From the NCBI GenBank assembly GCA_963814975.1, contig CAWFFB010000030.1:175563-239562 (forward strand): a stretch of 64,000 nt of DNA. Reading direction: 5' to 3'. The number at the start of each line of letters is the position of its first letter. Position 1 is the first letter of the stretch. This document shows positions 28,412-38,211 of the stretch, one piece after another. The position numbers and the translations under genes are program-made. The notes under the pieces are model-generated. The model saw only the letters and a list, made by a program, of their open reading frames with translations. It made no database searches and was not told the DNA's origin. The DNA comes from an uncultured Acidobacteriota bacterium. GTDB taxonomy: Bacteria > Acidobacteriota > Vicinamibacteria > Vicinamibacterales > CAVVIG01.

Positions 28412-29428
28412 ATGAGCTTGAGGCTGCCGAGACTTGTCGTTGCGTTGTTCGCCTCCACCGCATGCGTGGCAGGCGCTCAGGCGCAATCGAGTTATCCGTG
28501 TGCGAACGATCTGCCCAATCCGTACCGTCTGGTGACGAATTGGGCGACGACGCCGCGCGGTTGGGCGCCGATCAGCGCGATCACGGTCGATGACAGGAAC
28601 AATTTCTGGGGCGTCGACCGCTGCGAGGAGCCAGGCTGCAAGTCCGTGTTCGAAATTGGCCCCGACGGGAAGACGATCCGGAATTTCGGCACCGATCTGT
28701 TCGTCGAGCCGCACCAGGTCGCCGTCGATCATGACGGCAATGTTTGGGTGGCTGATGCGAGCGCGAAAGGCGCGAAGGGTCTGCAGGTGACAAAACTGAG
28801 CCCGGATGGACGCGTGCTCTTGAAGCTCGGCAAGCCGGGTCAGGGACAGGGCAGCGCGGCGTTGGATAGTTTCGATTCACCGACCGGAGTCGCTGTTTCC
28901 AGCAATGGGGACGTCTTTATTGCCCAAGGCCATGGCGAGAACCCGAACAATTCGCGCATTCTGAAATTCACCAAGGACGGCAAGTTCATCAAGAGCTTCG
29001 CGACCTATGGCGCCGGGAACGGGCAATTGCGCTCGCCGCATGCGATTGCCATCGACCGCCAGGACCGGCTCTACGCCGCCGACCGCAGCAATTCGCGCGT
29101 CGTGGTGTTCGACAAGGAAGGGAATTTCCTCGCCGCCTGGAAACAGTTCGGCCGGCCGAGCGGAATCGCTGTCGACAAGAACGACATGCTCTATGTGATC
29201 GATTCCCAATCGTCGGACAACCAAGGCGCGGCCAATTACAATCCCGGCTGCAAGCGCGGCATCCGCGTGGGCAGTGTGAAGGACGGCAAGGTCACGGCCT
29301 ACATCCCGCCGCCGCCACCCGCCGATCCGAAATGGCAGCCGGCCATCGGCATCGCCGCGGATCAGAATGGCAATATCTACGCCGCCTCCGACGACCAGCA
29401 CAATGTGGTGAAGTGGGTGAAGAATTAA
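28412..29428 (+). CDS. secreted NHL-repeat six-bladed beta-propeller protein (PAL-like fold)
   Basis: SD gggag before the ATG. Signal peptide MSLRLPRLVVALFASTACVAGAQA. Repeated NHL-type blades (PHQVAVDHDGNVWVAD, PTGVAVSSNGDVFIA, PHAIAIDRQDRLYAADRSNSRVVVF, PSGIAVDKNDMLYVID). Confidence 0.8.
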   Translation: MSLRLPRLVVALFASTACVAGAQAQSSYPCANDLPNPYRLVTNWATTPRGWAPISAITVDDRNNFWGVDRCEEPGCKSVFEIGPDGKTIRNFGTDLFVEPHQVAVDHDGNVWVADASAKGAKGLQVTKLSPDGRVLLKLGKPGQGQGSAALDSFDSPTGVAVSSNGDVFIAQGHGENPNNSRILKFTKDGKFIKSFATYGAGNGQLRSPHAIAIDRQDRLYAADRSNSRVVVFDKEGNFLAAWKQFGRPSGIAVDKNDMLYVIDSQSSDNQGAANYNPGCKRGIRVGSVKDGKVTAYIPPPPPADPKWQPAIGIAADQNGNIYAASDDQHNVVKWVKN

Positions 29429-29793
29429 CCGGCGGAGGGGACCGAAGCTAGCCTCCTGGTAGGATTGACCTCGGACCTCCGGTGTCCTCCTCTATTCCAC
29501 GACATCAAAGCGCAGGCCGCTCGAACCTTCGCCGCGGCCGACCGTCTTGCGTCGGCCGATCCACAGTCACGGGCTGCCGTCGAACCAGCGGGCGTATTGA
29601 TAGGAACGGGTGCCCCGGCAGCCTTCGCGTGGGATCTCCTCGTCGAAAATGTCGAGAGGGCCGACGCTGGGTTTCAGGATGGGTCCGGAACTGGCGCGGT
29701 AATCCGTAAGGCCGCTCCTTGGCTGTGTCGGGGTTCGTGCCCGTTTAGGAGTAGCCGTCGTCCCGTTTCCAGTTCCCGACCCTGCAACCAAAG

Positions 29794-30906
29794 CTACTGG
29801 TTTTTCTGGCTGCGAGGGGTATCGCTGCGGGACCGCTTGATGTACTTCGTCAGTCCTCCGGAAGGAGTCTCGGCCCCAAATACGTTCCCTGCGGCGTCAA
29901 CCGCGACGCCACCGGCGGCGGTTCCCCCTTCGCGTATGTTGTTCGCGTGCGGCGGAATGAAGAACATCACTTTACCGTCCGCGTTGCCGATTCGAATACC
30001 CTTCCTCCAACCTGGGTTGACGAGGGAATCCGATCCCGAGTCGCTCGTGTAAACGATGTCATTCCTGATGTACAACCCGCTTGCGCGACTGAATTGCTTC
30101 CACTCGTCAAGGTACTTGCCGTCCTGATCGAAGATCTGGAGACGAAAGTTGGCGCGGTCAGCGACGAACAAGCGGCCACGGGAATCGAACGCCAGCGCGT
30201 GCGCCCGCTGGAGTTCCCCCGGGCCGGAACCGAACTTGCCCCAGCTCTTGAGGAACTTGCCGTTGCGATCGAACTTCACGATGCGTCCGACCCTGGTGGA
30301 CGGAGTCGTGTTCTCGCCTCCATCATGGCCGTCCGCCACGAAAATATCGCCGTTGGGGGCCGTGATGACGGCGGCCGGCTCGTTCAACAAATCGGGCGGA
30401 TCACCTGCCGTGCCTGGCTTTCCAAGCGTCATCAACACCTTGCCGTCCGGGCTGAACTTGATGACCGTGTGGCCCTTGGCTTTCTCTGCCGGAAACTTCT
30501 TCAGTTCGTCAGCGGTCGTCGCGCGCCCGTCGGTCACCCAAACATTCCCTGCTCGATCCACGTGAATCCCGTGTGGATAGACCAACATGCCCGCGCCAAA
30601 GCTCTTCACAAGCTTGCCGGACGGATCGAATTTGAGCACAACGGTCAGGTCCGATCCCGCACAGGAATCTGCGCCGCACCTGTCAACGGCCCAGACGCTC
30701 TTTCCGTCAGGATCGATATCGACCCCTGACGTATTTCCAAAGATTCGTCCTCCGGGAAATTTTCCCCAGTCGCTGATCGTTTCGTATGGATTGGGCAGAT
30801 CATTGACGGGTGTGACGGCACCCTGGCTATGGGCGCCTTTTCCATAGAGTGAGACGATCGCAACGGCTGCTGCAATCCTTGTTACTGCGAACAGACGGCT
30901 GCTCAT
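29794..30906 (-). CDS. secreted NHL-repeat beta-propeller protein, paralog of 28412..29428
   Basis: Signal peptide MSSRLFAVTRIAAAVAIVSLYG. Shared DLPNPY motif and blades (PHGIHVDRAGNVWVTD, PAAVITAPNGDIFVADGH, AHALAFDSRGRLFVADRANFRLQIF). Confidence 0.8.
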   Translation of the reverse strand: MSSRLFAVTRIAAAVAIVSLYGKGAHSQGAVTPVNDLPNPYETISDWGKFPGGRIFGNTSGVDIDPDGKSVWAVDRCGADSCAGSDLTVVLKFDPSGKLVKSFGAGMLVYPHGIHVDRAGNVWVTDGRATTADELKKFPAEKAKGHTVIKFSPDGKVLMTLGKPGTAGDPPDLLNEPAAVITAPNGDIFVADGHDGGENTTPSTRVGRIVKFDRNGKFLKSWGKFGSGPGELQRAHALAFDSRGRLFVADRANFRLQIFDQDGKYLDEWKQFSRASGLYIRNDIVYTSDSGSDSLVNPGWRKGIRIGNADGKVMFFIPPHANNIREGGTAAGGVAVDAAGNVFGAETPSGGLTKYIKRSRSDTPRSQKNQ

Positions 30907-31362
30907 CGAGCTTCCTTTCGGGACTTTAACAGTCATGGTCTCCACAGTCTAATCGTGAATTGAGAACGTCGGGGCGGAGACGCGTTCTCAGGGCGAACCG
31001 GGCATCCGAGCTCTCAGTGCCCGGCACGTTCTCGGACCTCACTCCCAGGTATATCGGAAGCCCGAGATTCGTAAAAGTCAGAGACTGTTGTGCGGCAGCG
31101 CGTCGGGTGTTGATCGACGGACGAGCGGTCAAACGGAGAGGGGAGCTCGTCGGGTTCGATCCTGCATTTCCGGCGCGGCGCCAAACTGGTCTATCGTTTC
31201 GTAAAGGACGACCCGGAACGCCGACGAACAAGCCGCATCTGGAATTCCACAGGCTGGACATGACCACCGACTCGTCGACTGAAAGTTATCCCGCCGGTAT
31301 CGGACAGAGGATTCTCGCCGACGTCGCATTTGGTCGGCGCAACAGGACGGACAGCTATTCCG

Positions 31363-32589
31363 ATGAAGCCTGACGATCTGGTGTTGATTGCCGGCGGCGG
31401 GCCGGTCGGGCTCCTTTGTGCCCTGTTGTTGGGGCGGCGCGGTCTGCGGGTCCGCCTGTTCGAAGCGTGTGCCTCGCCGCAGGAAGATCCGCGCGCGGCG
31501 ACCACCCACCCTGCAACCCTCGAGGTGCTCGGCGAGGCGGGACTGGCGGAAGACCTCGCCCGCGTCGGGCTGGTGGCGCCGATCGTTCAGTTCTGGGACC
31601 GGCCAACCGGCTCGCTCATTGCCGAATTCGACCACGCGATATTGAAAGACGACACAGCGTATCCCTTCGTCGTGCAGTGCGAACAATTCAAGACAGCGAT
31701 GCTCGCGCTGAAGCGACTCAGGGATCTTCCCAACGTCGAGATTCTGTTCGAACACGAAATCGTCGATGTGTCGCAGACCGGACGGCATGTCAGTGCCAGC
31801 GTGCGTGAACCAGGACGCGTCACGAGGCATGTCGGCGGGTATCTCATCGGTGCTGATGGGGGCCGCAGCACGGTGCGCAAGCAAACGGGCATTTCCTTCG
31901 ACGGGTTTACCTGGCCCGAACGCTTCATCGTGCTCACGACGCCCTTCGATTTCGAGACTGGTATCGGCTGCTGCACGCGGTCCTATTTCGCCGACCCCGA
32001 GGAGTGGTGCAATTGCTTCAAAGTGTCGGCGAACGGGCCGCCCGGCCTCTGGCGAGTGGTGTTTCCCACCAATCCCGATACCCCCGACGAGGAGCTGATC
32101 AGCGACAAGGCGGTTCAAGCGCGACTTCAGAAGTTTTTCCGGTTGTCGACGAAGTACAACATCGTTCACCGCAATCTGTACGTCACGCATCAGCGTGTGG
32201 CGAGCACCTTCCGCCTGGAGCGGGTGTTGCTCGCGGGCGACGCCGCCCATGTCAACAATCCCATCGGCGGCATGGGGCTGAACGGCGGCCTTCAGGACGC
32301 GGCCAATCTTTCGGAAAAGCTTGCGTCGGTTCTGCTGGATGGCGCGTCCGACCGCCAACTCGATCTCTACGACAGGCAGCGCCGCACGGTCGCGATCGAC
32401 TTCGTGCAGCAGCAGAGCATCGACAACAAGAAGCGGCTGGAGGCGCGCGATCCCGAGATCCGGGCCAGGCATCTCGCCGAACTGCGCGACATCGCCGCCG
32501 ATCCGTCGAGGGCGCGGCAATTTCTGCTGCGGACCTCCATGATCGCCAGCCAGCGCCGCGCGGCCGCCATGAGGCTGGAGGAAGCGTGA
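31363..32589 (+). CDS. FAD-dependent monooxygenase (aromatic-ring-hydroxylase, PheA/TfdB-like)
   Basis: DLVLIAGGGPVGLLCALLLGRRGLRVRLFE, YLIGADGGRSTVRK, RVLLAGDAAHVNNPIGGMGLNGGLQDA. Confidence 0.8.
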   Translation: MKPDDLVLIAGGGPVGLLCALLLGRRGLRVRLFEACASPQEDPRAATTHPATLEVLGEAGLAEDLARVGLVAPIVQFWDRPTGSLIAEFDHAILKDDTAYPFVVQCEQFKTAMLALKRLRDLPNVEILFEHEIVDVSQTGRHVSASVREPGRVTRHVGGYLIGADGGRSTVRKQTGISFDGFTWPERFIVLTTPFDFETGIGCCTRSYFADPEEWCNCFKVSANGPPGLWRVVFPTNPDTPDEELISDKAVQARLQKFFRLSTKYNIVHRNLYVTHQRVASTFRLERVLLAGDAAHVNNPIGGMGLNGGLQDAANLSEKLASVLLDGASDRQLDLYDRQRRTVAIDFVQQQSIDNKKRLEARDPEIRARHLAELRDIAADPSRARQFLLRTSMIASQRRAAAMRLEEA

Positions 32590-32590
32590 T

Positions 32591-33520
32591 GTGAAGCTCG
32601 CGGTCCCGGATCTCATCTCGAACTCGTACCTTCCGGCGGTGGCGGCCATCGAGCTCGGCTTCTTCAAGCGCGAGGGCCTTGACGTCACGCTCGAACTGAT
32701 CTTCCCGGTCGACAAGGCCTACGCGGCGCTCGCAAATGGCCAGGTCGATCTGGTCGGCGGCTCCGCGCACTCTGCCCTGGCTGCCTTTCCCGAGTGGGAC
32801 GGTGTGAAGCTGCTCTGCGCGCAGGGGCAAGGCATGTACTGGTTCCTCGTCATGCACGCGGATTTGCAGGCGAAGCGCGGCGATGCCGGCAGCGTCAAGG
32901 GACGCAGCATCGGGGCGGCACCCTGGGTGGATATGGGGCTGCGGGGTCTTTTGGAGGCGTCCGGCATCGATCTGGTACGCGACGACGTGCGTATTGCACC
33001 CGTGCCGGGGGCGGCAGGGGCCGGGGTCAACTTTGGGGTGACCGCGGCGAAAGCCCTGGAACAGCGCCAAATCGACGGATTCTGGGCCAACGGTATGGGC
33101 GCCGAGGTCGCGGTGCGTCGCGGCGTCGGTATGGTGGTCTTCGATGTCCGCCGTGGCGACGGCCCTGCGGCCTGTTTCCATTTCACCATGGCCTCGCTCG
33201 CGGCGGCAGATCGGCTGATCGCCCATTCGCCGGAGACTGCTGCGGCAGCGGTGCGCGCGATTGTCAACACCCATGCCGCGCTCAAGGCTGACCCCGGGCG
33301 TGCAACCGAAGTGGGGCGAAAACTTTTCCCACCCGCCGAGGCGGAACTGATCGCGGAGCTCATCCGGCGCGACCTGCCGTTCTATGATGCATCGATCTCA
33401 CAAGCCTCCGTTGCCGGCATGAACCGCTTCGCGCGCGCGTCGGGCATTCTGAACACCGACCCTGCCTACGATCGGATCGTCGCCACCCAATTTCGTGGCC
33501 TGTGGGAAATGGCGGATTGA
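32591..33520 (+). CDS. NMT1/THI5-like (SsuA/TauA-type periplasmic-binding-protein fold) protein without signal peptide
   Basis: MKLAVPDLISNSYLPAVAAIELGFFKREGLDVTLELIFPVDKAYAALANGQVDLVGGSAH.. is typical of the NitT/TauT-binding-protein fold. There is no leader or lipobox. GTG start 1 nt after the upstream stop. Confidence 0.65.
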   Translation: MKLAVPDLISNSYLPAVAAIELGFFKREGLDVTLELIFPVDKAYAALANGQVDLVGGSAHSALAAFPEWDGVKLLCAQGQGMYWFLVMHADLQAKRGDAGSVKGRSIGAAPWVDMGLRGLLEASGIDLVRDDVRIAPVPGAAGAGVNFGVTAAKALEQRQIDGFWANGMGAEVAVRRGVGMVVFDVRRGDGPAACFHFTMASLAAADRLIAHSPETAAAAVRAIVNTHAALKADPGRATEVGRKLFPPAEAELIAELIRRDLPFYDASISQASVAGMNRFARASGILNTDPAYDRIVATQFRGLWEMAD

Positions 33521-33564
33521 CACGGTTCGCACGTCGGACTTAGCCTGTCGACAGCAGGAGGGAC

Positions 33565-34440
33565 ATGGTGCCGTCGGTTCACGAAAAGCCGGTCATCAGG
33601 ATTGCGCCCAACAACCCGGTCTTCGATCTCCCGGTCATCGTCGGCATCGAGGAGGGCCTGTTCGACGCGGCCGGTCTGGACGTCGGTTTCTCCGCCACCT
33701 ATGCCGATCGCGAGAAGGACAAAGCGGAACGTCCGATCATGTCGCGGCTCAAAGAGCAGATGTTCGAGTGCGGGTCCGCGGACAGCTACAACGTCTGCGA
33801 ATGGGCGAGCATCGACCGGCTGGAACGCGGCGCGCGGGCCGGCAACATCGCGGCGCTGCGTGCCGCCGTGGCGGCGCAGGCCATCTTGACGTTCGATGAA
33901 GCGCTGCAGGTCCCTCGCGACCTCGCCGACGTGCCGGTTGTGGTTCAGGAGCTCACCGGCTCGCATTACTGTACGGTGCAGATGCTCGAAAGTGCGGTGG
34001 GCCCGGAGCACGTCAGGATCGAGCGCGGCGGGCTGCCACAAATGCGCTGGGCGGCGCTCGAGGCGGGCACCATCCGCATGGCAACGCTGATGGAGCCGTT
34101 CATCAGCCTCGGCCTGAAGGCAGGAGCGCACCTCATCGCTGCGTGCTTCTACCGCGGAGGCGAGGTGATCTCACCCGATCTGACGCCAGCGCAACGCAAG
34201 GCGTACTACGATGCGGAAAACCAGGCAGTGGATCGCATCAACGCCGACTTCTACAAGTACGCCCACCATGTCGCGGCGCACGCCAACGGCGCGTTGCAGC
34301 CGCATGAGCTGCTGCGGGCTTTCGTGCGCTACAAGCATGTCGACTCCTACGATCCGGTCCTGTTTGCCCGCACCTACGACTGGATGAAGGCGCGTGGGCT
34401 CACGGAAGGCGGCAGCGAACATGCCGCGCTCGTCATTTGA
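33565..34440 (+). CDS. second leaderless PBP-fold (NMT1-like) protein
   Basis: VIRIAPNNPVFDLPVIVGIEEGLFDAAGLDVGFSATY.. and later ..LMEPFISLGLKAGAHLIA resemble the same fold more weakly. No signal peptide. Confidence 0.5.
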   Translation: MVPSVHEKPVIRIAPNNPVFDLPVIVGIEEGLFDAAGLDVGFSATYADREKDKAERPIMSRLKEQMFECGSADSYNVCEWASIDRLERGARAGNIAALRAAVAAQAILTFDEALQVPRDLADVPVVVQELTGSHYCTVQMLESAVGPEHVRIERGGLPQMRWAALEAGTIRMATLMEPFISLGLKAGAHLIAACFYRGGEVISPDLTPAQRKAYYDAENQAVDRINADFYKYAHHVAAHANGALQPHELLRAFVRYKHVDSYDPVLFARTYDWMKARGLTEGGSEHAALVI

Positions 34441-35675
34441 ACCCGGCCTCGGCAGTCTATCGGTGGAACATCTTGCTGCTGCTGGCGGGCTCGCAGGCGA
34501 TCGCCTATATCGATCGCGTCAATTTCGCCGTGGTCGCGCCGCACCTCATCAAGGTCTACGACTACACTCCGACTCAAGTCGGCATTCTTCTCTCCGCGTT
34601 CAATTGGGCGTTCACCTTCTCGCTGCTGGCGGCGGGTCCGCTGGTCGATGTGATTCGTCCGCGGCGCGCCTATTCGATCGGGGTCGGATTCTGGTCGCTT
34701 GCGACGGCGCTCTGCAGCCTGACGAAATCATTTGCCCCGCTGCTGGTGTTCCGCGCCCTCGTCGGCGTCGGCGAGTCGGTAATGATTCCATCGGGCGCGC
34801 GGGTGATTCGCGAGACGTTCGACAAGAAGCATCGCGCCTTGGCTGTCGGAACCTTTTTCGCCGGCAACAGGATCGGCCTCACACTCGGCATCCCGCTCGC
34901 CTCGGTCGTCCTGGTGAATTGGGGGTGGGAGTGGGTCTTCTACATTACAGGATCGCTCGGCCTCTTCTGGGTCGCGTGGTGGCTCGCGGTTTATAGTCCG
35001 CCGCCTGACGAGGAGGCGACCCGCGCGCAGCCGCATGAAGCCCGGGACCAAATCAGGTGGGCGACGCTCCTCAAATACCCCACGACCTGGGGCGTCATGC
35101 TGGGGCAGGCTGGCTATCTCTACATCTACTACGTCTTCGCAACCTGGCTGCCCGGCTACCTTGTCTTGCAGCGCGGCCTGTCGACGCTGACCACCGGTTT
35201 CGTCGGGATGCTGCCGTTCCTCGTGGGAACGACGTGCGTCATCCTCGGAGGGTGGGCGGGGGACCGCCTGATCGCGGCGGGATGGCGCGTCACGCTGGTG
35301 CGCAAAGGGTTCGCTGTCGGCGGCCTTTTCGGCGGCACGGTTTTCACGATCGCAGGCGCCTACACTCCGGACGACGTCTTGGCGATCACCTTCCTGACGC
35401 TTTCAGTTGCAAGCGTCAGTTTCTCCACGGCGGCGGTGAACTCCATCCCGATCGACGTGGCGCCGGCCCACATCGTCTCCTCGCTGGTGTCCTTGCAGAA
35501 TTTCGGCGGGAACGTCGGCGGGTCCTTCGCGCCGCTCGTCACCGGCGCGTTGATTTCGGCTTCCGGAGATTTCACAGTTCCGCTGCTCGTGGCGGCCGGC
35601 GTTGCCCTCGTCTTCGGTTGCGGCTCGTATGGTCTGATTGTCGGCAATCTCGACCGGGAACTGGGAACGCGATAG
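34437..35675 (+). CDS. MFS transporter (anion:cation-symporter-like)
   Basis: 12-TM pattern with AYIDRVNFAVVAPHL.., GILLSAFNWAFTF, LVFRALVGVGESVMIPSGARVI. The TTG start overlaps the upstream stop. Confidence 0.8.
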   Translation: MNPASAVYRWNILLLLAGSQAIAYIDRVNFAVVAPHLIKVYDYTPTQVGILLSAFNWAFTFSLLAAGPLVDVIRPRRAYSIGVGFWSLATALCSLTKSFAPLLVFRALVGVGESVMIPSGARVIRETFDKKHRALAVGTFFAGNRIGLTLGIPLASVVLVNWGWEWVFYITGSLGLFWVAWWLAVYSPPPDEEATRAQPHEARDQIRWATLLKYPTTWGVMLGQAGYLYIYYVFATWLPGYLVLQRGLSTLTTGFVGMLPFLVGTTCVILGGWAGDRLIAAGWRVTLVRKGFAVGGLFGGTVFTIAGAYTPDDVLAITFLTLSVASVSFSTAAVNSIPIDVAPAHIVSSLVSLQNFGGNVGGSFAPLVTGALISASGDFTVPLLVAAGVALVFGCGSYGLIVGNLDRELGTR

Positions 35676-35684
35676 GAAAGCTCT

Positions 35685-36521
35685 ATGACATCGTCTGCAG
35701 ACTTCCCCAACCTGCCATCGGTCTGGCTTCACGAGCTCACATGGGAAGAGGTGGCGTCGTACCTCCGCCGCCGCGACACCATCATCGTCCCGTTCGGAAC
35801 CACCGAACAGCATGGTCCCGCCGGGTCGCTTGGACTGGATGGGTACGTGGCGATCGGCCTTGCCGAAGACGCTGCCAGGAAGGCCGGAGTGCTTTCGGCT
35901 CCTCCGGTGTGGTACGGCGACTCCAGCCATCACCTGGGGTTCCCCGGAACCATCTCCTTGAGAACCGAAACGGTCATGCAGATCGTGTACGACATCGTGC
36001 GCTCGCTGGCTCGCCACGGTTTCAAGCGGATCCTGCTGCTGAACGGGCACAAGTGGACCAACCTGCCGGCGCTCACCAGCGCCGCCCGCAACATCCGCGA
36101 ATTCGAGCTGCCTGGCGTGCTGACGGCCGTGGCGGATCCGATGTACCTGGCGCGCGGGGTCGCCGGAAAAATCAAGGAAGCAAACGAGCACCATGCGGGA
36201 GAATTGGAAGTGTCACAGGTCCTTTACAAATTTCCTCACACGATCAGGCCGGACAGATTTTCAGACGCGGCGTGCGACTTCAACCAAGCGCTCGGGCCCT
36301 TTGCCAACGACGACCTTTTTGGCGGCGGGCGTGACACGATTGACCAGCCCTGGACATCCTGGGACCAGAAGCGGATGGCGCCAACGGGCCAGTTCTCATC
36401 CAACCGCGCCGCTTCGTCAGAGAAGGGAAAGCAGTACCACGACTACATGGTGGACCGGCTCGTGGAATATCTGAACTGGTGGCAGTCCTACCAGGGGCCG
36501 CTCGGCCAGGAAACGGCGTGA
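35685..36521 (+). CDS. creatininase-family amidohydrolase
   Basis: TIIVPFGTTEQHGPAGSLGLDGYVA.., PPVWYGDSSHHLGFPGTISL, RILLLNGHKWTN, HHAGELEVS. Confidence 0.8.
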   Translation: MTSSADFPNLPSVWLHELTWEEVASYLRRRDTIIVPFGTTEQHGPAGSLGLDGYVAIGLAEDAARKAGVLSAPPVWYGDSSHHLGFPGTISLRTETVMQIVYDIVRSLARHGFKRILLLNGHKWTNLPALTSAARNIREFELPGVLTAVADPMYLARGVAGKIKEANEHHAGELEVSQVLYKFPHTIRPDRFSDAACDFNQALGPFANDDLFGGGRDTIDQPWTSWDQKRMAPTGQFSSNRAASSEKGKQYHDYMVDRLVEYLNWWQSYQGPLGQETA

Positions 36522-38209
36522 CGCACCTGAGCGCTGACGTGCTGGTGGTTGGAGCCGGCGGGGCCGGCATGTACGCCGCAATTGCGGCGGCTAGAGAGGG
36601 GAGCTCCGTCCTCCTGCTCGACAAGAACCTGATTGGACGCGGCGGTGCCACCATCATGGCTCAGATGACCGTGGCCGCGGCGATTGGGCATCAAGAGCCG
36701 GACGATTGGGTCCTCCATCTGGAAGATACCCTGGAGGCAGGACGAGGAATCTGCAACGAACCGCTTTCGGCGATGGTGTGCCAGCGGGGCCCTGAGCGGA
36801 TCCTCGAAATGGACCGCTGGGGCACCCGTTGGGCCCGCCAAGACGGGCATATCAAACAGGTCGGCGCACCAGGTCACCGCCGCAAACGCTGTTGCTACGT
36901 CGATTTTCTGAGTACCGGACCGGCCGTGGCGGGCACGCTGCGCCGGCAGGTCAGCGGCATGGCAAACGTCCGCCGACTGAGCAACGTCGCGGTCATTGAA
37001 ATTTGTGTTGCGGCCGGTCACGTCCGCGGTGCGGTCGCGTTGGATCTTTCGAGGGGATCGCTGCTCACGATCGCTGCCCGCACGGTGATTCTGGCGGCCG
37101 GCGGGTTGACGAAAATCTTTCGCCGCAACAGCGCCTCGGCAAACATGAGCGGAGAGGCGTACTGGCTGGCGCTGGAGGCTGGCGCCGAGCTGGTGGACAT
37201 GGAGTTCGTGCAGTTCTTTCCGATTGCGCATCTGGCGCCTCGACTGGTCGGCATGGACCCGATCATGTGGGATCCGTTCCGCTACAAGCTTGGCGGAAAA
37301 CTGTTGAACGGAAACTTCGAGGAGTTCATTCATCGATACGGTGGCCAGGATGAAGGACGCTACACCGCCGCTCGGGATCTGGCGTCGTACGCAATCCTGA
37401 AAGAGGTCGAGGCCGGACGCGGGTCGCCTCATGGGGGCGTGTATCTCGATTTTCGTCATGTCCCCGACGACAGCCTTCGAGAAGCCTTCGGGCCTGTCAT
37501 CGATCGCCTTCTGAAAAACGGGATTGATTTGACCCGGGTGCCGATTGAAGTGGCGCCGACGGCCCACTATCATATGGGCGGTATTGCGGTAAACGACCGC
37601 ATGGAGACCCGGGTTGCCGGTCTGTTTGCGGCGGGTGAAGCCGTCGGAGGAGCCAACGGCGCGAACCGCCTGTCGGGCAACGCCATCACCGAGGCCTTGG
37701 TCTTCGGAGAGCGCGCCGGCTTTTTTGCCGCCAAGGCCGCCATGGACACGGATCTGGACTGGTCACCAGCATACGTTCAGCGGGCTCGTGCGGAATTCTC
37801 CGCGCTCCGGCAACACAAAGAAAAAGGCTTGGGGCCCGCAGCCCTGCAGAACAGCATCCAGGACCTGATGTGGGAAAACGCCGGACCGTTTCGATCGGGC
37901 AAGAATCTCGAAAGGGCTCTGCCGGCGCTGCACGGATTCCATGATCAATTACAGGAGCTGGCGATAGCACCCGGCGACATTTTCAATCTGGATCTGCAGG
38001 ACTGGTACGAACTGAAGGCAATGCTCCGTAGCTCCGAGGCGGTCGTCATGGGAGCGTTGAACAGGGCAGAAAGCCGAGGAGCGCATCAGCGACTCGATTT
38101 TCCGCAGACGATCGCGGCGTTCGAGAGAAATCAGCTGTTGTCGCTCGAGGATGGAACGATGACGAGCCGCTGGACTTCTGTCGTCCGGTCGGGAATGCCA
38201 TCCGCCTGA
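36518..38209 (+). CDS. FAD-dependent SdhA/FrdA/NadB-family flavoprotein
   Basis: DVLVVGAGGAGMYAAIAAAREG, AHYHMGGIAV, GLFAAGEAVGGANGANRLSGNA, RAESRGAHQR. No His at the covalent-FAD position (GATIMAQMTVAAA). The GTG start overlaps the upstream stop as GTGA. Confidence 0.8.
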   Translation: MTHLSADVLVVGAGGAGMYAAIAAAREGSSVLLLDKNLIGRGGATIMAQMTVAAAIGHQEPDDWVLHLEDTLEAGRGICNEPLSAMVCQRGPERILEMDRWGTRWARQDGHIKQVGAPGHRRKRCCYVDFLSTGPAVAGTLRRQVSGMANVRRLSNVAVIEICVAAGHVRGAVALDLSRGSLLTIAARTVILAAGGLTKIFRRNSASANMSGEAYWLALEAGAELVDMEFVQFFPIAHLAPRLVGMDPIMWDPFRYKLGGKLLNGNFEEFIHRYGGQDEGRYTAARDLASYAILKEVEAGRGSPHGGVYLDFRHVPDDSLREAFGPVIDRLLKNGIDLTRVPIEVAPTAHYHMGGIAVNDRMETRVAGLFAAGEAVGGANGANRLSGNAITEALVFGERAGFFAAKAAMDTDLDWSPAYVQRARAEFSALRQHKEKGLGPAALQNSIQDLMWENAGPFRSGKNLERALPALHGFHDQLQELAIAPGDIFNLDLQDWYELKAMLRSSEAVVMGALNRAESRGAHQRLDFPQTIAAFERNQLLSLEDGTMTSRWTSVVRSGMPSA

Positions 38210-38211
38210 AC

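Noticed and set aside
29567-29791. 74-codon ORF directly after the minus-strand NHL gene (..DIFDEEIPREGCRGTRSYQYARWFDGSP).
   Set aside because: It has a TTG start, no SD and a low-complexity first third. I cannot assign a family. It might be real, but evidence is insufficient.
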